NCBI GenBank assembly: GCA_964016885.1
Contig: OZ024742.1
Span: 183,148,001 to 183,212,000, forward strand
DNA: 64,000 nucleotides
Source: Eledone cirrhosa
Taxonomy: Eukaryota
Direction of reading: 5' to 3'
Shown piece after piece: positions 1 to 15,058 of this stretch (position 1 is the first letter of the stretch; each line of letters starts with the position of its first letter). Below the pieces are notes generated by a model, which was not told the DNA's origin, searched no databases, and worked only from the letters and a program-made list of their open reading frames with translations. A program made the translations under genes and the position numbers.

Positions 1-29
1 TCCTTTTAATTCCCCCCAGTGCTGGTCTA

Positions 30-680
30 TTCTTTCTCCTATGCTTCGAACTGTCTCGCCTATGCATGTCATTGTAATGTTTCTGCAAGAACCCTCTGTA
101 CATCTTATGCTATAGACTACATTTCTTGTTTTACCGTTTATCTGGGGGTTCACTTTACATATAACACATTTCTTATTAGTACAGTGGGTTTTCTTAAAGG
201 GGTATGTTTTGCTGATCAGGGATTTTATGGTAGTTCATGGCTTTTCTACCACTTTAATCTTTAAGTGGGTCTTTCTTAGGGCCTTTCTACATTGGTTAGC
301 TAATTTCCTCCCAGGAGTAGCATCCACGAACATGACACTCTGGTATCCCTGGTTGTCGTACCATGAAGTGGCTTTCCCTATCTTATGTTTAGTCCTATCT
401 AAGCTATTCCATGATTTGCTCCTGTATAATGGGAAAATTCCTTTCATGTCCAGTTCTATGAAGGTCTTATATTTCTCCGTGGCTCCTTTGTATACTCTGA
501 TTCTGTCTCTTTGGTTGTAGCCAGAGAACTGCATGCGGTTGATGAAGTGTTGGATGTGTCTTTCCATTTCAATTGGGTCGCACATGCGGGACACATTCTT
601 CATCACTCGTATCAAGTCTGCGATCAGAATATTAAATTTAGCACTATTGGACATTGCTGAGTTTTTGAGTATCAGGTATT
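30..680 (-). mobile_element. Penelope-like retroelement fragment (Naiad-type; RT thumb, linker, GIY-YIG endonuclease), decayed
   Basis: ORF 235..654 (RMQFSGY...PLYRSKSW...WY...SVMFVDATPG...KIKVVEKP) continues past a TGA in frame as TTIKSLISKTYPFKKTHCTNKKCVIC...NVVYSIRC...CIGETVRSIGE, a Cys linker plus GIY-YIG-like motif typical of PLEs. Confidence 0.85.
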
Positions 681-923
681 TGGATATCTATCTATCTAAG
701 GCGGGTAAAATTCCCGAGATCCATGGACGAGTTCTCTCCAGCGGTCTCTGTCCCTCATTATCGCTGCCATATCCTGCATCTCCAACAGACCAGTGTCTGT
801 CTTTAGGGCATCAACATATGTTAACCTTGGTCTTCCTCTTCTAGTGTGTCCATGTAGGGGCTCCCAAATACCTGATATATATATATATATATATATATAT
901 AGTGGTTGTATTATTAGGAGTAG

Positions 924-1096
924 TAGTAATATAAACTAAGTTCCATACACTTAACATGTATGTGCTACCATTGGTTTCGGGGTCCAGTCATGGCCACCAA
1001 TGTATAATTGAGGAGGCACTTTTAATTCCGGAATGTGGACGAACGAAGCTAATGGTAGTACATGCATTTTAAGTGTATGAAACTTTGTTTATACTA
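924..1096. repeat. Imperfect inverted repeat (~55-bp arms) beside (TA)n
   Basis: ataaactaagttccatacacttaacatgtatgtgctaccattggtttcg versus cgaagctaatggtagtacatgcattttaagtgtatgaaactttgtttat. Confidence 0.7.
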
Positions 1097-1557
1097 AATA
1101 AGCTCTTTTCCAACAGATTGAGAACTGTTTTCCTTCATCTTTCATCTACAGATTTCTACCAACGTATAAATGCATATATATCCTAAATCTAGTTAATATA
1201 TGGCAATGTTAATTTATGATCTATCTTCGTCTGCATTTGATATTACAGAAATATATAATAATACGAAACGCCACATGAAGATCAATGCCACATATATATA
1301 AATATATTCATGCTTACACACACACTTGAGCTGGGGTGATAGAATTCATTGCTACATCTCTCTCTTCTCCTTTGCACACACTCACATGCAGAGAGACCGT
1401 ACGACATTACGAAATAGTCACAAATACGTTTATATATAGACACAATTACATATGCATACACATACACGCATGCTTACACACATGTTTACACATATATATA
1501 TGTGTGCATGTGTATATATATATACACACATATATATATACATACATATACATATAT

Positions 1558-1589
<32 letters not shown>

Positions 1590-1590
1590 C

Positions 1591-1675
<85 letters not shown>

Positions 1676-1860
1676 TTTCCATTTGTTAGTGGTGGGGTCG
1701 ATATGGTCGTTAGATTTCAATGTGGCCTTGAAGAAATGGTTTCAGCGAGATTGGGTGGTGTGTCCTATAGTTTTTATGGTAGGCGCTCACTGCGTAAGGT
1801 TTCCTCGAGTAAGAATCTGCCCAAGTTACAGAGTCATCTAGTCACATTATAGAGAGATTT

Positions 1861-1936
1861 TAAGGTTTCCCCTTCAAAAAATTGCTTTTCGTTTTGTCTT
1901 GTTTTCGTTTGTTCTCTTTGTTAATTTTCATGAGTT

Positions 1937-1982
<46 letters not shown>

Positions 1983-2152
1983 GGTTTCCCCTTCAAAAAA
2001 TTGTTTTCCGTTTTGCCTTATTTCCGTTTGCTGTCTTTGTAGATTCTCATAAGTTTATTTTATATGTATATATAATAAACTTATGAATATTAACAAAGAG
2101 AACAAACGAAAACAAAGCAAAACGAAAAGCAATTTTTTGAAGGGAAAAACTT
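1861..2152. repeat. ~80-bp unit present as two direct copies and one inverted copy, separated by (TA)n
   Basis: aaggtttccccttcaaaaaattg... at 1862 and 1981; reverse complement at ~2075-2152. Confidence 0.8.
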
Positions 2153-2339
2153 TAAAAATTATTTTTTGAAAATAAAAATACAAACGAAAGACCCAGAGCT
2201 ATATATATATATATATATACGTACATATATATATATATGTATATGTATATATACGTACATATATATATGTATATGTATATATATATATGTATATATATAT
2301 ATATGTATATGTATATATATATGCATATGTATATATATA

Positions 2340-2479
2340 TAGTTTTGTAGACATTGACTTCGAATTCCACTTAACCAACGTTACTATATATATATAGAGC
2401 TTCATATTTGTTATTTTATACCTATGAGTATAATATAAAATGTATGGGGATATACATGGATACACACAGAGACGTGCAT

Positions 2480-2554
<75 letters not shown>

Positions 2555-2779
2555 TATGTGTGTGTGTATGTATATATATATGTATATATACATATATATA
2601 TGCATGCATACCTCATTGCATACGTTTGTATATATATTGATGCACGTCTCTGTGTGTATCCATGTATATCCCCATACATTTTATATTATACTCATAGGTA
2701 TAAAATAACAAATATGAAGCTCTATATATATATAGTAACGTTGGTTAAGTGGAATTCGAAGTCAATGTCTACAAAACTA
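2340..2779. repeat. Perfect 143-bp inverted duplication around a (TA)n core
   Basis: 2340-2482 is the reverse complement of 2637-2779. Confidence 0.95.
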
Positions 2780-2921
2780 GTGTTAGAATGTCGAATAGAG
2801 GAATGATTTGCAGTATGTGTTCCTGCTCTTTGCGCTTTAATTTCAAATCTGGCCGCGGTTAACTTTGCATTTCATCCTTTTCAGGTCGATAAGTAAAGTA
2901 CCATTCTAGTACTAAAGTCGA

Positions 2922-2922
<1 letters not shown>
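2780..2922 (+). mobile_element. tRNA-derived SINE (Meta-domain-like family), decayed
   Basis: gttaactttgcatttcatccttttcaggtcgataagtaaagtacca core shared with many copies in the window. Confidence 0.7.
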
Positions 2923-2983
<61 letters not shown>

Positions 2984-3042
2984 ATCTATCTATCTTTGTC
3001 TCTGTCTATCTCTATCTATCTATCTATCTATCTCTCTTTTTT

Positions 3043-3110
3043 ATTGTATGTAAACTTCCCCCGTTGTATTTGTCCCCTTCTTTTGTGCCCCTGTGGCTAA
3101 TAAAGAAATA
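3043..3110 (+). mobile_element. Isolated 3' tail of the Tx1/L1-clade LINE, inside (TC)n/(TATC)n
   Basis: tgtaaacttcccccgttgtatttgtccccttc...aataaagaaat matches 35073-35132. Confidence 0.8.
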
Positions 3111-3145
3111 TATCTATCTCTCTTTGTCTCTCTCCCCTCTCTCTC

Positions 3146-3178
<33 letters not shown>

Positions 3179-3817
3179 GTCAAGAAGTCTAAAGAAAGAA
3201 ATCTAAGGGAAGAAGTAGACGAAATCGTATGTGCTTCGACATGGAGGAGGATGGGTTCCGCCAGGTTTAAAATACCCAAGACTCCACCAGAAATTCAGGG
3301 CCCATAGCATGTTATAAACTATATATGGATGACTTAGTCATTGGCTTTGGCTAAACTCCAGTACCAAACAACCAAAATACATATGTATGAGTCTAATAAA
3401 AGTCAATAAAAAAAATACCCGTCTAGTACTAGGGTCGATTCTTTCTCTATATCTCTTTCTAAATTTCTTTCTATCCTTCTTCGGAAGAAATCTGCTGTAT
3501 TTAAACCTGGAGGGAAGATAGGCACCACCAGGTTTTTAAATGCCCAGAAACCCCGTTGTCAATATGGCGCCCATATGATTGCCTTAAGAGTTACGTGTCC
3601 CAACCAAACCATACCATCAATCCGAGGTATGAAATGAGAAAAAATACGTGTGTGTGTGTATGTGTTTATAAGAAAAGAGACAAGTACTCAGTAAAAGGTT
3701 TGAGTGTATCCTGAGATTACTGTTTTACATATGTATACAGATACACACATCATACATATATTACTGTGTTTCATATACGTACATACACGCATACTCACAC
3801 ACACACACACACACACA

Positions 3818-3864
<47 letters not shown>

Positions 3865-3865
<1 letters not shown>

Positions 3866-3996
3866 TAACGAAGGAAATGTGGTAAGGAACCAGGTGGACC
3901 ATAACGCACCAAAGTACTCAATACTAGGGGTAGTAGAGTGGGTAATTAGCCGTCGAAACGGCTTGAGCTCAGCCGTCGGGGTCTTACTGGTTCCTA
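3865..3996 (-). mobile_element. Family Q short element (3' half of a hammerhead plus tail) with internal inversion, in (TA)n
   Basis: Same sequence as 15831-16062, 19610-19752 and 22628-22831; contains GAAA-CGGCT-TGAGCTC-AGCCG-TC. Confidence 0.8.
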
Positions 3997-4080
3997 TATA
4001 TATAGATAGATATATATATAAAGAGAGAGGGTGTATATAGAGGTGCAAAGACATGCGTACACATACATGTGTGTGAGCGT

Positions 4081-4200
<120 letters not shown>

Positions 4201-4809
4201 CAGATGCTCTTTTAATATAGTATCTATACGTTTAGGTTTGCAAACGAAGGAAAAATACAGCAAAAGAAGAGATTGTTGTATTACACTCTGTTGCTACTCT
4301 GAATTTCTCGGATTCTCATATGTGTGTGTGATGTTATGGTTGTTGTTGTTAACATCTGTATAACATACGTGTGTGTGAGTGTGAAAGTGTAAGTTAATAT
4401 GCAATGTGTGTGAATGCGTAAACTAATATGCAAGGTGCGTATGTAGATTTTATTGAATGTGATTTTATTTAATATATATATGAGCAATGAAAGCGTGACT
4501 TGGAGAAAGGAAAAATAGAATGAGAGGTAAGACAGAGTAGGAGGGTGATATTGATTGAGAGAGGGTGAGAGGGAGGAAAATACGAGTGAAGTGTATGTGG
4601 GGGGGGGGGTGATATTGATAAAGAGAGTGCGCGAAAGATACAAAGAGAGTTGTAATTACATATAAGTATGTATGCGTGTGGCATCTATCTTAATTACAAC
4701 TCAGAGTTGGAGGTAGAGGGTGTAAAATGAGATGGAGGAGGAGGAGAATGTAGAGGATGTAAAATGATACGGTGGGGAGGAGGAGGAAGAGGAGATGTAG
4801 TATCAGGAA

Positions 4810-4880
<71 letters not shown>

Positions 4881-5396
4881 ACGAAAAAGAAAAGAAATGA
4901 GAGAATGCGGAGGTGGTGGTGTTGAATGGGTTGATGGCGATGATAGTGGTGATGGTGATGGCAGTGGTTGTGCTTTGTTGATGATGACGACTGTGGTGCT
5001 GGTAATGGCAACTGTGGCGCTGATAATGGCGGCTATGGTGATGGGGGTGGTGATGGTAGTGGGAGCTATATTAACAAAAGGATGACGTTAGCGAATTAGG
5101 TGAACGAAACGAAGAGCTTCTCTGTGAAATTTTGCTAATAAATGTATGTGTATATATATATATATATATATATTTATATAAACACATAAATACACACACA
5201 CGCGTGCGCATATTTATGTATACACGCACACGCACACGCACACACACAGACACACACACACATATATATATATATATGGAGAGAAAGAAGATACGTACAG
5301 ACCACATATGTAAATAAATATATATATATACGTTTTTTATTTTATTTTCTATGTAGATAATTATATATATATATAAATATATATATTATATGTAGA

Positions 5397-5529
<133 letters not shown>

Positions 5530-5706
5530 ACATATATATATTTATCTGTTTCTGTGTACAGATATATATTTTTATTTTGTCTCGTGAGTACAACTGGTAT
5601 GGTGTTTTTCTTTTGTTTTTTGTTTTTCTGGGGGTAAACGTTTTATGATTTTTTTCTTTTCTTTTTGATCGACAGACAGATGCATTCACACACACACACA
5701 CACACA

Positions 5707-5758
<52 letters not shown>

Positions 5759-6378
5759 CTCTCTTTTTTTCTTTCCCTTTCTCTCCAGCTGATGAATATT
5801 CATGTTTCATGCTTTCACCCAGTTGACACCTTATGCATATTCATTAGATGTATGTGTGGGGTAGGGGGAGGTCTTCTGTGAGGTTGTGTATGCATCACAC
5901 ACAAACACACATGTATATATTCAGACACAGACCTAAGTAAGCGATTACGCACATTTACACATACAAACACAGTTACATACACACCAGAAGCATCATTGTG
6001 CACACACACACACATACCAAATTACGCGCGCACATACACACGACTCAAAGACACACATACACACATATCAGAAGCATCATTGTGCGCATGACAAGAAATG
6101 GCGCCGCCATTATGTTATGTGTGGGGAGAGAGGAAGCTAATAATTATGGCAGTCGAACTACATAGATATAGCGTGTAACCATTTATATATATAGTAGCCT
6201 TTTCTTTTGCTGAAGAGGTTTATGTTCAGGGTTTCCACCACATAATTTTAAAGAGAATATTTCTTTTAAGGTGAAAACGATTTCTCAAATACATTTTCTT
6301 CTCTATTAAAAAAGAAACGCGTTATTCGGTCAATCACTACCTACTCACTGTCTACATGTATAACTACGCGCTCGTATC

Positions 6379-6409
<31 letters not shown>

Positions 6410-7068
6410 AGCGTGTGTGTATGTGTGCGTGTTCTCTTATTACAAAACTAAAAATCTACCGTGCATAACAAGTACAGCCAGTTGACTACTGACGATGATA
6501 ATGATGGCGGCGGTGGTGTTGATATTAGTGGTAGAGGTAATGGTGGTGAGAATGAAGTTGCTGGTGGTGCTGGAGATGGTGTTGGTGGTGGGGATGGGGG
6601 TGGCAGTGGTGATGACGTCGACGCTATTACTCTTGACATAGCTAGTCTGTAGCCAGTTCTGGCAAATAAATGCAGTGTGTGTGTGTGTGCATAGGCGTGT
6701 TTGAGCGTATGCCTGCATGTGACTGAGGGCTTTAGCTGAACTCAATTCATAGAACTTCATGTCCCTGTTTCGATTCAGGAAGAGAACCAGTTCACCTACA
6801 TTTCAAATAATGTCACAAACCCTAACTTATTATTCATCTCTTTAATCGAATACACATACACAGACGTACATTCACTGGGTTTCGTATTAAAATAGCAACA
6901 AAATTGTCCATTGTCTTTATATAAACGAACGCTGGTCATATTTCAGTAAATTTCTCTCATAATAATTGTTTCTACATTTGGTACAAGGCCAGCAAAAACT
7001 CAGTGTATTACTGGTACTTTATTTCTCTCATAATAATAATCTCTCTTTCCTATCTATCTATCTCTCTT

Positions 7069-7102
<34 letters not shown>

Positions 7103-7107
7103 ATATA

Positions 7108-7166
<59 letters not shown>

Positions 7167-7207
7167 ACATATTCATATTCATTTTATTAAGGCTAAATAC
7201 TGAGTCT

Positions 7208-7251
7208 TGTTACTCGGAAGTTTCACCTGCTTCTCACAGGGTCATTATACA
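7208..7251 (-). ncRNA. Degenerate type I hammerhead ribozyme
   Basis: TGT ATAATGA(core mutated) C CCTG-loop-CAGG T GAAA CT-TCCG-AG TA ACA. Confidence 0.5.
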
Positions 7252-7413
7252 TGTGTGTATGTGTCTGTATAATTTCTACGAACGAAATACAAGTGTGTGT
7301 GTATACAATTACTACTGCTAGCTCTAGCCATCTTCAACAGTGCAGAGAGCCATTTGGATAATATATTCAACTCTGTGTACGACTTGGTTACACGTAAGAT
7401 AGAAATGTAGTGT

Positions 7414-7527
<114 letters not shown>

Positions 7528-7754
7528 AATAGTTCAGTATGTAGGTATATAGTACCTAAATACATACATACACGTAAGATTGTGCGCGATTTTGGTCAAC
7601 GTAGCAGTAGTTTGTAGAGAGCGGATGTAGTAGGAGTGGAGATAGTGATAAAGAGAGAGAAAGAATAATGTGCTTCTTTCACTTATTTCCTTTTTCTTTT
7701 TCATCTGCCATGATGTTTATTGCTGAACTAGTTTATCACCACACACACACACAG

Positions 7755-7819
<65 letters not shown>

Positions 7820-7935
7820 GTTATTTGTCAGTAATATACTGAACATCTCAATGAAAAGATAGCTAAAAAATATAAATAAATCAGATAAGCTTTACTAGTA
7901 CTCTACACGATAGAGACTTTGCACAAGTTATTCTG

Positions 7936-7972
<37 letters not shown>

Positions 7973-7977
7973 ATGCA

Positions 7978-8023
<46 letters not shown>

Positions 8024-8417
8024 CAAATATATGTGAACAGGGACATTATTCAATATGGCGAAGGTAGTAGCAGTTGCATCAATAACAAAATATGAGTTTG
8101 TCCACACGCACGCTCAAATATATACATATATATGCACGCGCGCGCGCGTGTGTGTGTATGAAAATGCATACACGTTCGTAAGCACTGACGTGTATATGAG
8201 CGTGTAAACATGTATACATGGTCATTTACGTATGTGTAAGCGCGTGTATATATGCATAGAAGTAGGCCTAATGCCAATATTGTACAAGAAGAAACCATGT
8301 ATATATAATGGTCTCTTCCACTAACAAAATGGTTGGCTATAGAATGAAGACCCAACACAGATTACTATCGAAAATGTATGATTATATATATATACATACA
8401 TATTATATAGACATATT

Positions 8418-8450
<33 letters not shown>

Positions 8451-8558
8451 CATATTATATGTACACACATATTATATATACATATATATATATATATATA
8501 CACGCACATACATATATATATGTATGTGTGTTGTAAGTATTATATCTTAAACCCACTT

Positions 8559-8589
<31 letters not shown>

Positions 8590-8621
8590 AATAATATATA
8601 TATATATATATATATATAATG

Positions 8622-8674
<53 letters not shown>

Positions 8675-9187
8675 CCTACATATATATATATATATACATA
8701 TATACATATATATAAAGTGGGTTTAAGATATAATACTTAAAACATTCAAACATTAATGGAGCACTCAATACGTGTGTGAAACGGTATAAATTATACTTTC
8801 TAAGTAGATAAGTAGCAGTGACTTCGAAATAGCAGCTCGATCTCTTTATCTTGAATAAACATATATATGTGTGTGTGCGTCGACACACTCACGACAAGCC
8901 CCTGTGATGTGAAAGGGGGGAAAATGATATAAGATCATTACTATTTTACAATTTACATTGAATATATATACATATATTAATTACATCAATTATAATTTAT
9001 GTCCATATTAATTATATACATACTGAAACTATATATTCATAATGCATATTAACATATTTTATTATGTATAATTTAAATCTATATTAATTACTTTATTGCA
9101 GCAATATACTAACTATATTCATATAAATTTGAGGTGGGGTGATAGAATTCTGAGCCATGCCTCTGTCTTTATCTATCATTTTGCAAG

Positions 9188-9252
<65 letters not shown>

Positions 9253-9374
9253 GGGATGTGAGAGAGGGGGGTAGAGAAAGCGACACATGAAAACATAATG
9301 ACCAGCACACACACACACATTCAGAGAGACCGTAGATAAAATACCAATGAGAACGTTCATTAAATATGTAATAT

Positions 9375-9495
9375 AATTGTTTCCACTTTTGGCACAAGGC
9401 CAGAAAAATACCCAATGTATTACTGGTACTTTATTTTTATCGACGCCGTAAGGATGAAAGGCAAAGTTAACCTCGGCGGGATTTGAACTCAGAAT
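9375..9495 (-). mobile_element. Meta-domain-like SINE
   Basis: Reverse complement gives a B-box gagttcaaatcc, then gttaactttgcctttcatccttacggcgtcgataaa and the tail ggccttgtgccaaaagtggaaacaa. Confidence 0.8.
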
Positions 9496-9762
9496 TAAAT
9501 ATGTAATATAATGTGATGTATTTATACAGACACAAATATATTTATTTATACATACACACATTCACACACACACATATATATACGCTTAAATATATATATA
9601 TATATATACTCTCTCACACACACACACACATATATATTCAAATATAAATATATATATATATGTGCGCGGGTGTGTATAATTATGTAACTACACAAAACTG
9701 TCATCATGCATACACGCAAATATATACTCCACAATTTATATATATATATATATATATACATG

Positions 9763-9815
<53 letters not shown>

Positions 9816-10524
9816 CATGGAGCGGCACATATGCCGACTCGTACATACAGGTACACACACACGAAAGTAGAAATAAGAACAGAAACATACACTTGTACGC
9901 AATATAAATCTACAATAACCGCTGAATTATCATATACACACATGATACATATATATTGAAATAACATAAACAGACTTATATATTAAATTAACATACACTC
10001 ATACATATATATACACAATGAGGTCAGCTTGTGCGCATGCGCAAACGACATTGGGCCTACACATACACGCCCCTTATTCGTGTACAAATATAATTAGTGA
10101 GGCTTACATAATAAATACGTGCACACACACGTATGAATGCATGAAAAATAAAGTCTCAGCGTGTATATATATTTCAACACACACACATATGGACCAAGCA
10201 GTAGCAATCAATGTTGATATTGGTGCCACCAACAATCGTTAGTAAAAAAAAAACAAATACATACACACACACACACACCTATATATATATATCAGTACAT
10301 GGAAACGCAGGTGCATATAAGACCTAAATCAAATATGACAAAGTTATATGTAAATATATATGTATATATGGAGAGAGAGAGAGAGATGCATACACATATA
10401 TATATATATATATGCATGTGTGTGTGTATACACACATATATACACACACACATATACATATATGTATATACATATTCAATGATATTAAATAAATGGAAAC
10501 TATATTTATAAAACCATATTTATT

Positions 10525-10577
10525 CTATTATATATATTTCAAGGGTACCAAAACTTTGGTACGCTATCATCAGATAA
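10525..10577 (-). ncRNA. Type I hammerhead ribozyme, intact core
   Basis: TTAT CTGATGA TAG-C-GTACCAAA GT TTTGGTAC-C-CTT GAAA TATATA TA/ ATAG, then AATAAA; same family as 13531. Confidence 0.85.
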
Positions 10578-10682
10578 ATCTTGACATAACCAAGATAAAT
10601 TTTGACATAACGAGTGCTCTGAATCTGTTATAAACATTTATGTTTGTTGAATTACCAACAAATTGAATATCCCTTCTGCTTA

Positions 10683-10713
<31 letters not shown>

Positions 10714-10804
10714 GTATGGAAGAGGTAAACAGAAATAACAACAAAATCGGTACAATATATGGAAGGTATATATTAGGTTAACGCTTGATATAGCAGGAAG
10801 AGGG

Positions 10805-10840
10805 TCTTAACGTTTCGGACGCTAGTCCTTCTTCAGAAGA
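10805..10840 (-). ncRNA. Minimal type I hammerhead ribozyme, intact core
   Basis: TCTT CTGAAGA A GGAC TAGC GTCC GAAA CG TT/ AAGA; palindromic stem III ACGT. Confidence 0.85.
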
Positions 10841-10920
10841 AAGAATGAGAAATAAAATAGATTGAGGGGACGGGCGGGTTGGAATGGGAAAAAAATGTCT
10901 TTAGATAAAAGAGAGAGAGA

Positions 10921-10982
<62 letters not shown>

Positions 10983-11084
10983 AGAGAGTGGCATAGATAT
11001 AGTTATATTAATGTATACACATGACAAATATATAGATAGATAGATTTATACATCCAAATATATATACATACCATTACGCATGTA

Positions 11085-11158
<74 letters not shown>

Positions 11159-11185
11159 TATTATATATATATATATATATATACA

Positions 11186-11242
<57 letters not shown>

Positions 11243-11311
11243 TATACATACATGTATATAATAAATATATATATATATATGTATATACACATATATATAA
11301 ATATATATATC

Positions 11312-11379
<68 letters not shown>

Positions 11380-11446
11380 TATATATAAGCCCGTAGAGAA
11401 ATTACTTGCTCTATTATACACACACGCACACACACACATGTATATA

Positions 11447-11546
<100 letters not shown>

Positions 11547-11842
11547 TATATATATGTGTGTGTGTGTGTGTATGTGAATATATATATATATATATATATA
11601 TGATTAACGATGTAGTCCTCTGAAGTTCCAGCAAACTACTTCTTTTGCGCTTGCTGTTTACTTGTTCTTTGTATATTCATTTATATTGCTTCTGAAGATG
11701 TGCAACATGGAAATATGCTTTGTTGTACTTTCTCACCTCTATTACTATATTGTTATAACATAAGATTAAGTTAAATAACATGAATTAAAACAATTGTAAT
11801 GAGATTAAGGAAACCTATTTTAAGAAATGTATTTTTCTGTAT

Positions 11843-11920
11843 GTGTGTCCCCCCAAAAGTATACACACTTCAACAACATTCTAATAAAAGTATATATACA
11901 TTTTGGGTGGACACCCAGTA
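11843..11920. mobile_element. Small Tc1/mariner-type MITE
   Basis: gtgtcccccc-aaaagtatacacactt ... tatacattttgggtggacaccc terminal inverted repeats; second copy at 40728-40829. Confidence 0.6.
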
Positions 11921-11981
11921 TATAACTTTAGTAGATTTACGCCAGTATTGGTCCTGTATCTTTCTGTGAGTGTTTTGGAAT

Positions 11982-12044
<63 letters not shown>

Positions 12045-12771
12045 CACACACACACATATACGTTTCATCGGTTTCGGTCAGAATTGGCCCACGCTATGTC
12101 TGAATAGCATCATTTAGCAAGTCTTTCAAAACAGGATTTGGACACCAAATAGGGGGCTATTGTTTACGAAACGGATCCGGGTGAAGATATACCCACCCAC
12201 ACACACACACAGACACACACACACACATATATGTACATATAATTATACATATATACATTTATATATATATATATATACATATATAAAATTATATATATAT
12301 ATATATATATAAATATATAGATATAAATTTATAGATATATACAATTATATATATATAAATATATATATATAGATATATATACATTTATATATATACATTT
12401 ATATATATACTTATAAATATACATTTATATATACATATATATATATATATACATTTATATCTATTCATTTATATATATATATATATATACATTTATATAT
12501 ATTCATTTATATATATATACATATATACATTTATATATATACGTTTATATACATTTATATATATATACAATTATACATATGAAAATATATTTATATATAT
12601 AAACATTTACATATATATACATATACACATATATATATATATACATATATATTTATATATATTTATATATATTATATATATAAAAATATATATATACACA
12701 CATTTATATATCATATATATATACATAGACATTTATATATATTTGCATATTTATATATATAGTGAAAACTG

Positions 12772-12826
<55 letters not shown>

Positions 12827-12837
12827 TTTATATATAT

Positions 12838-12888
<51 letters not shown>

Positions 12889-12892
12889 GTAA

Positions 12893-12928
<36 letters not shown>

Positions 12929-12929
12929 G

Positions 12930-13012
<83 letters not shown>

Positions 13013-13019
13013 TTATATA

Positions 13020-13099
<80 letters not shown>

Positions 13100-13213
13100 T
13101 TATATATATATTATATATATTTATATAAACAAACAGTAGAAAGGAAGATTTTCCTTTCTACTATAAATGTTGAAGACATTTTTTCAGTGATGTATAAAAA
13201 CATTAATTTATTT

Positions 13214-13251
13214 ACAATACCGGTTTCAGCATTAAATACATTGTCAATTGC
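13214..13251 (-). ncRNA. Degenerate minimal hammerhead
   Basis: GCAA TTGACAA(core mutated) TGTATT-T-AATGCT GAAA CCGG TA/ TTGT, then AATAAA. Confidence 0.5.
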
Positions 13252-13530
13252 GGGTAGGCAGAATATTTATATAAATAGTGATAATAATAATAATAATAAT
13301 AATAAGGATGAAGAAAACATATATGTTCATTCAGAGAAGAGAGTTCATTTTTCTGTCCATCTTACTCTGCTTATATATATATACACACGCATTTATATAT
13401 ATTATATATATATGCAAAAGTTGTTGGGATACAACAAGTAAATATTTTTATAACTGATATAAAGCACTCGACAAATTTTTGGAGTAGATATACGATATTA
13501 ATAAATGCAATATATAACAGTTTTATATTG

Positions 13531-13595
13531 TATTTTGTCTGATGAAGGCATACCATAATTTAATGTGGTATCCCTGAAATATGTATAATGAAATA
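13531..13595 (+). ncRNA. Type I hammerhead ribozyme, intact core
   Basis: TATTTTGT CTGATGA AGG-C-ATACCATA ATTTAA TGTGGTAT-C-CCT GAAA TATGTA TA/ ATGAAATA with overlapping AATAAA. Confidence 0.85.
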
Positions 13596-13661
13596 AATAT
13601 GGTTTTATAAATATAGTTTCCATTTATTAATATCGTATTATATATATATATATATTATATA

Positions 13662-13778
<117 letters not shown>

Positions 13779-13894
13779 ATATATAAATGTACAAGAGTAT
13801 ACACATACACACATACAAATATATAGACATATATGTGTATATACGCTCATAAGTATATATACATATATATATATATATACAAATATATGTATCT

Positions 13895-13957
<63 letters not shown>

Positions 13958-14150
13958 TATGTATATATACATACATGTGTGTGTGTGTATGTGTATACAT
14001 ATATATAAATATATGTACATATATATATATGTACATATATATATATATATGTACATATAGTGAAAGAATGAAGAGTAACATGGTTGGCTGTTCAATAAGG
14101 GGCTTTATTTAATATATGTATATATATATACACACACACACATATATATG

Positions 14151-14192
<42 letters not shown>

Positions 14193-14214
14193 AAAGAGCA
14201 GATATTGCAATAGC

Positions 14215-14490
14215 CTAGGATTCAAAGGCCCTCAACACTTCTGCCAATGGATTTGAGAGATCTGCATGGTGTGGACGTGGATGTTTTCAAGAAACATCTC
14301 GATACCCTGCTATCCAGGATCCCGGATTGGCCCACAGCACTGTATGAAGGTAACCTAAGGGCAGCAGCAACGAACTCCCTCTTGCACCAAGGGCCAGCCA
14401 ACATAGGCTGGAGATAGATTGTGTAGCAACAAGGGTGATGCTGCAGCATGGCCTCTGCTGGATGGCTGGAGCAGGTAAAAGGGTAAAATA
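14215..14490 (+). mobile_element. CR1/L2-group LINE 3' end
   Basis: Translates [31 protein letters not shown]...RAAATNSLLHQ; homologous to 21690-22125. Confidence 0.75.
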
Positions 14491-14539
14491 GTATATACAA
14501 ATATATATATGTACACACACACACATATATATATATATT

Positions 14540-14571
<32 letters not shown>

Positions 14572-14619
14572 CACACATACACACAATCACACACATATAT
14601 ATACTTACATACATAACAC

Positions 14620-14664
<45 letters not shown>

Positions 14665-14983
14665 CACACACATATATATATATACATATATAAATATACA
14701 TATATATAAATAAATAAATATATATAAGTATATATATCTATATATCTATATATCTATATACATATATAAATATACATATATATATATAAATATATATATG
14801 TATATATATCTATATATAAATATCTATATAATAGCACCACCAACTACAATAACAAAGACGGTTGAACTGCCTTACGTTGAGTACTCTCTATATTATTGCA
14901 TTACGATTGACCATACGGAATAGACCAGCTCTATACAGTGGTGAACCTCAAACCTGAATAAATAATCTATATATGTATATATG

Positions 14984-15058
<75 letters not shown>

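Noticed and set aside
235-237. In-frame TGA in the PLE ORF as possible selenocysteine
   Set aside because: It falls where Gly is expected (KVVEKPG), not at a Cys position; the copy has other lesions and no SECIS was recognised
4694-5085. His-rich and Gly-rich ORFs (also 6440-6760)
   Set aside because: Degenerate (GGT/GAT)n trinucleotide repeats with no domain or splice support
11692-11725. CTGAAGA TGTG CAA CATG GAAA hammerhead-like motif
   Set aside because: Stems I and III do not pair convincingly; at best a remnant
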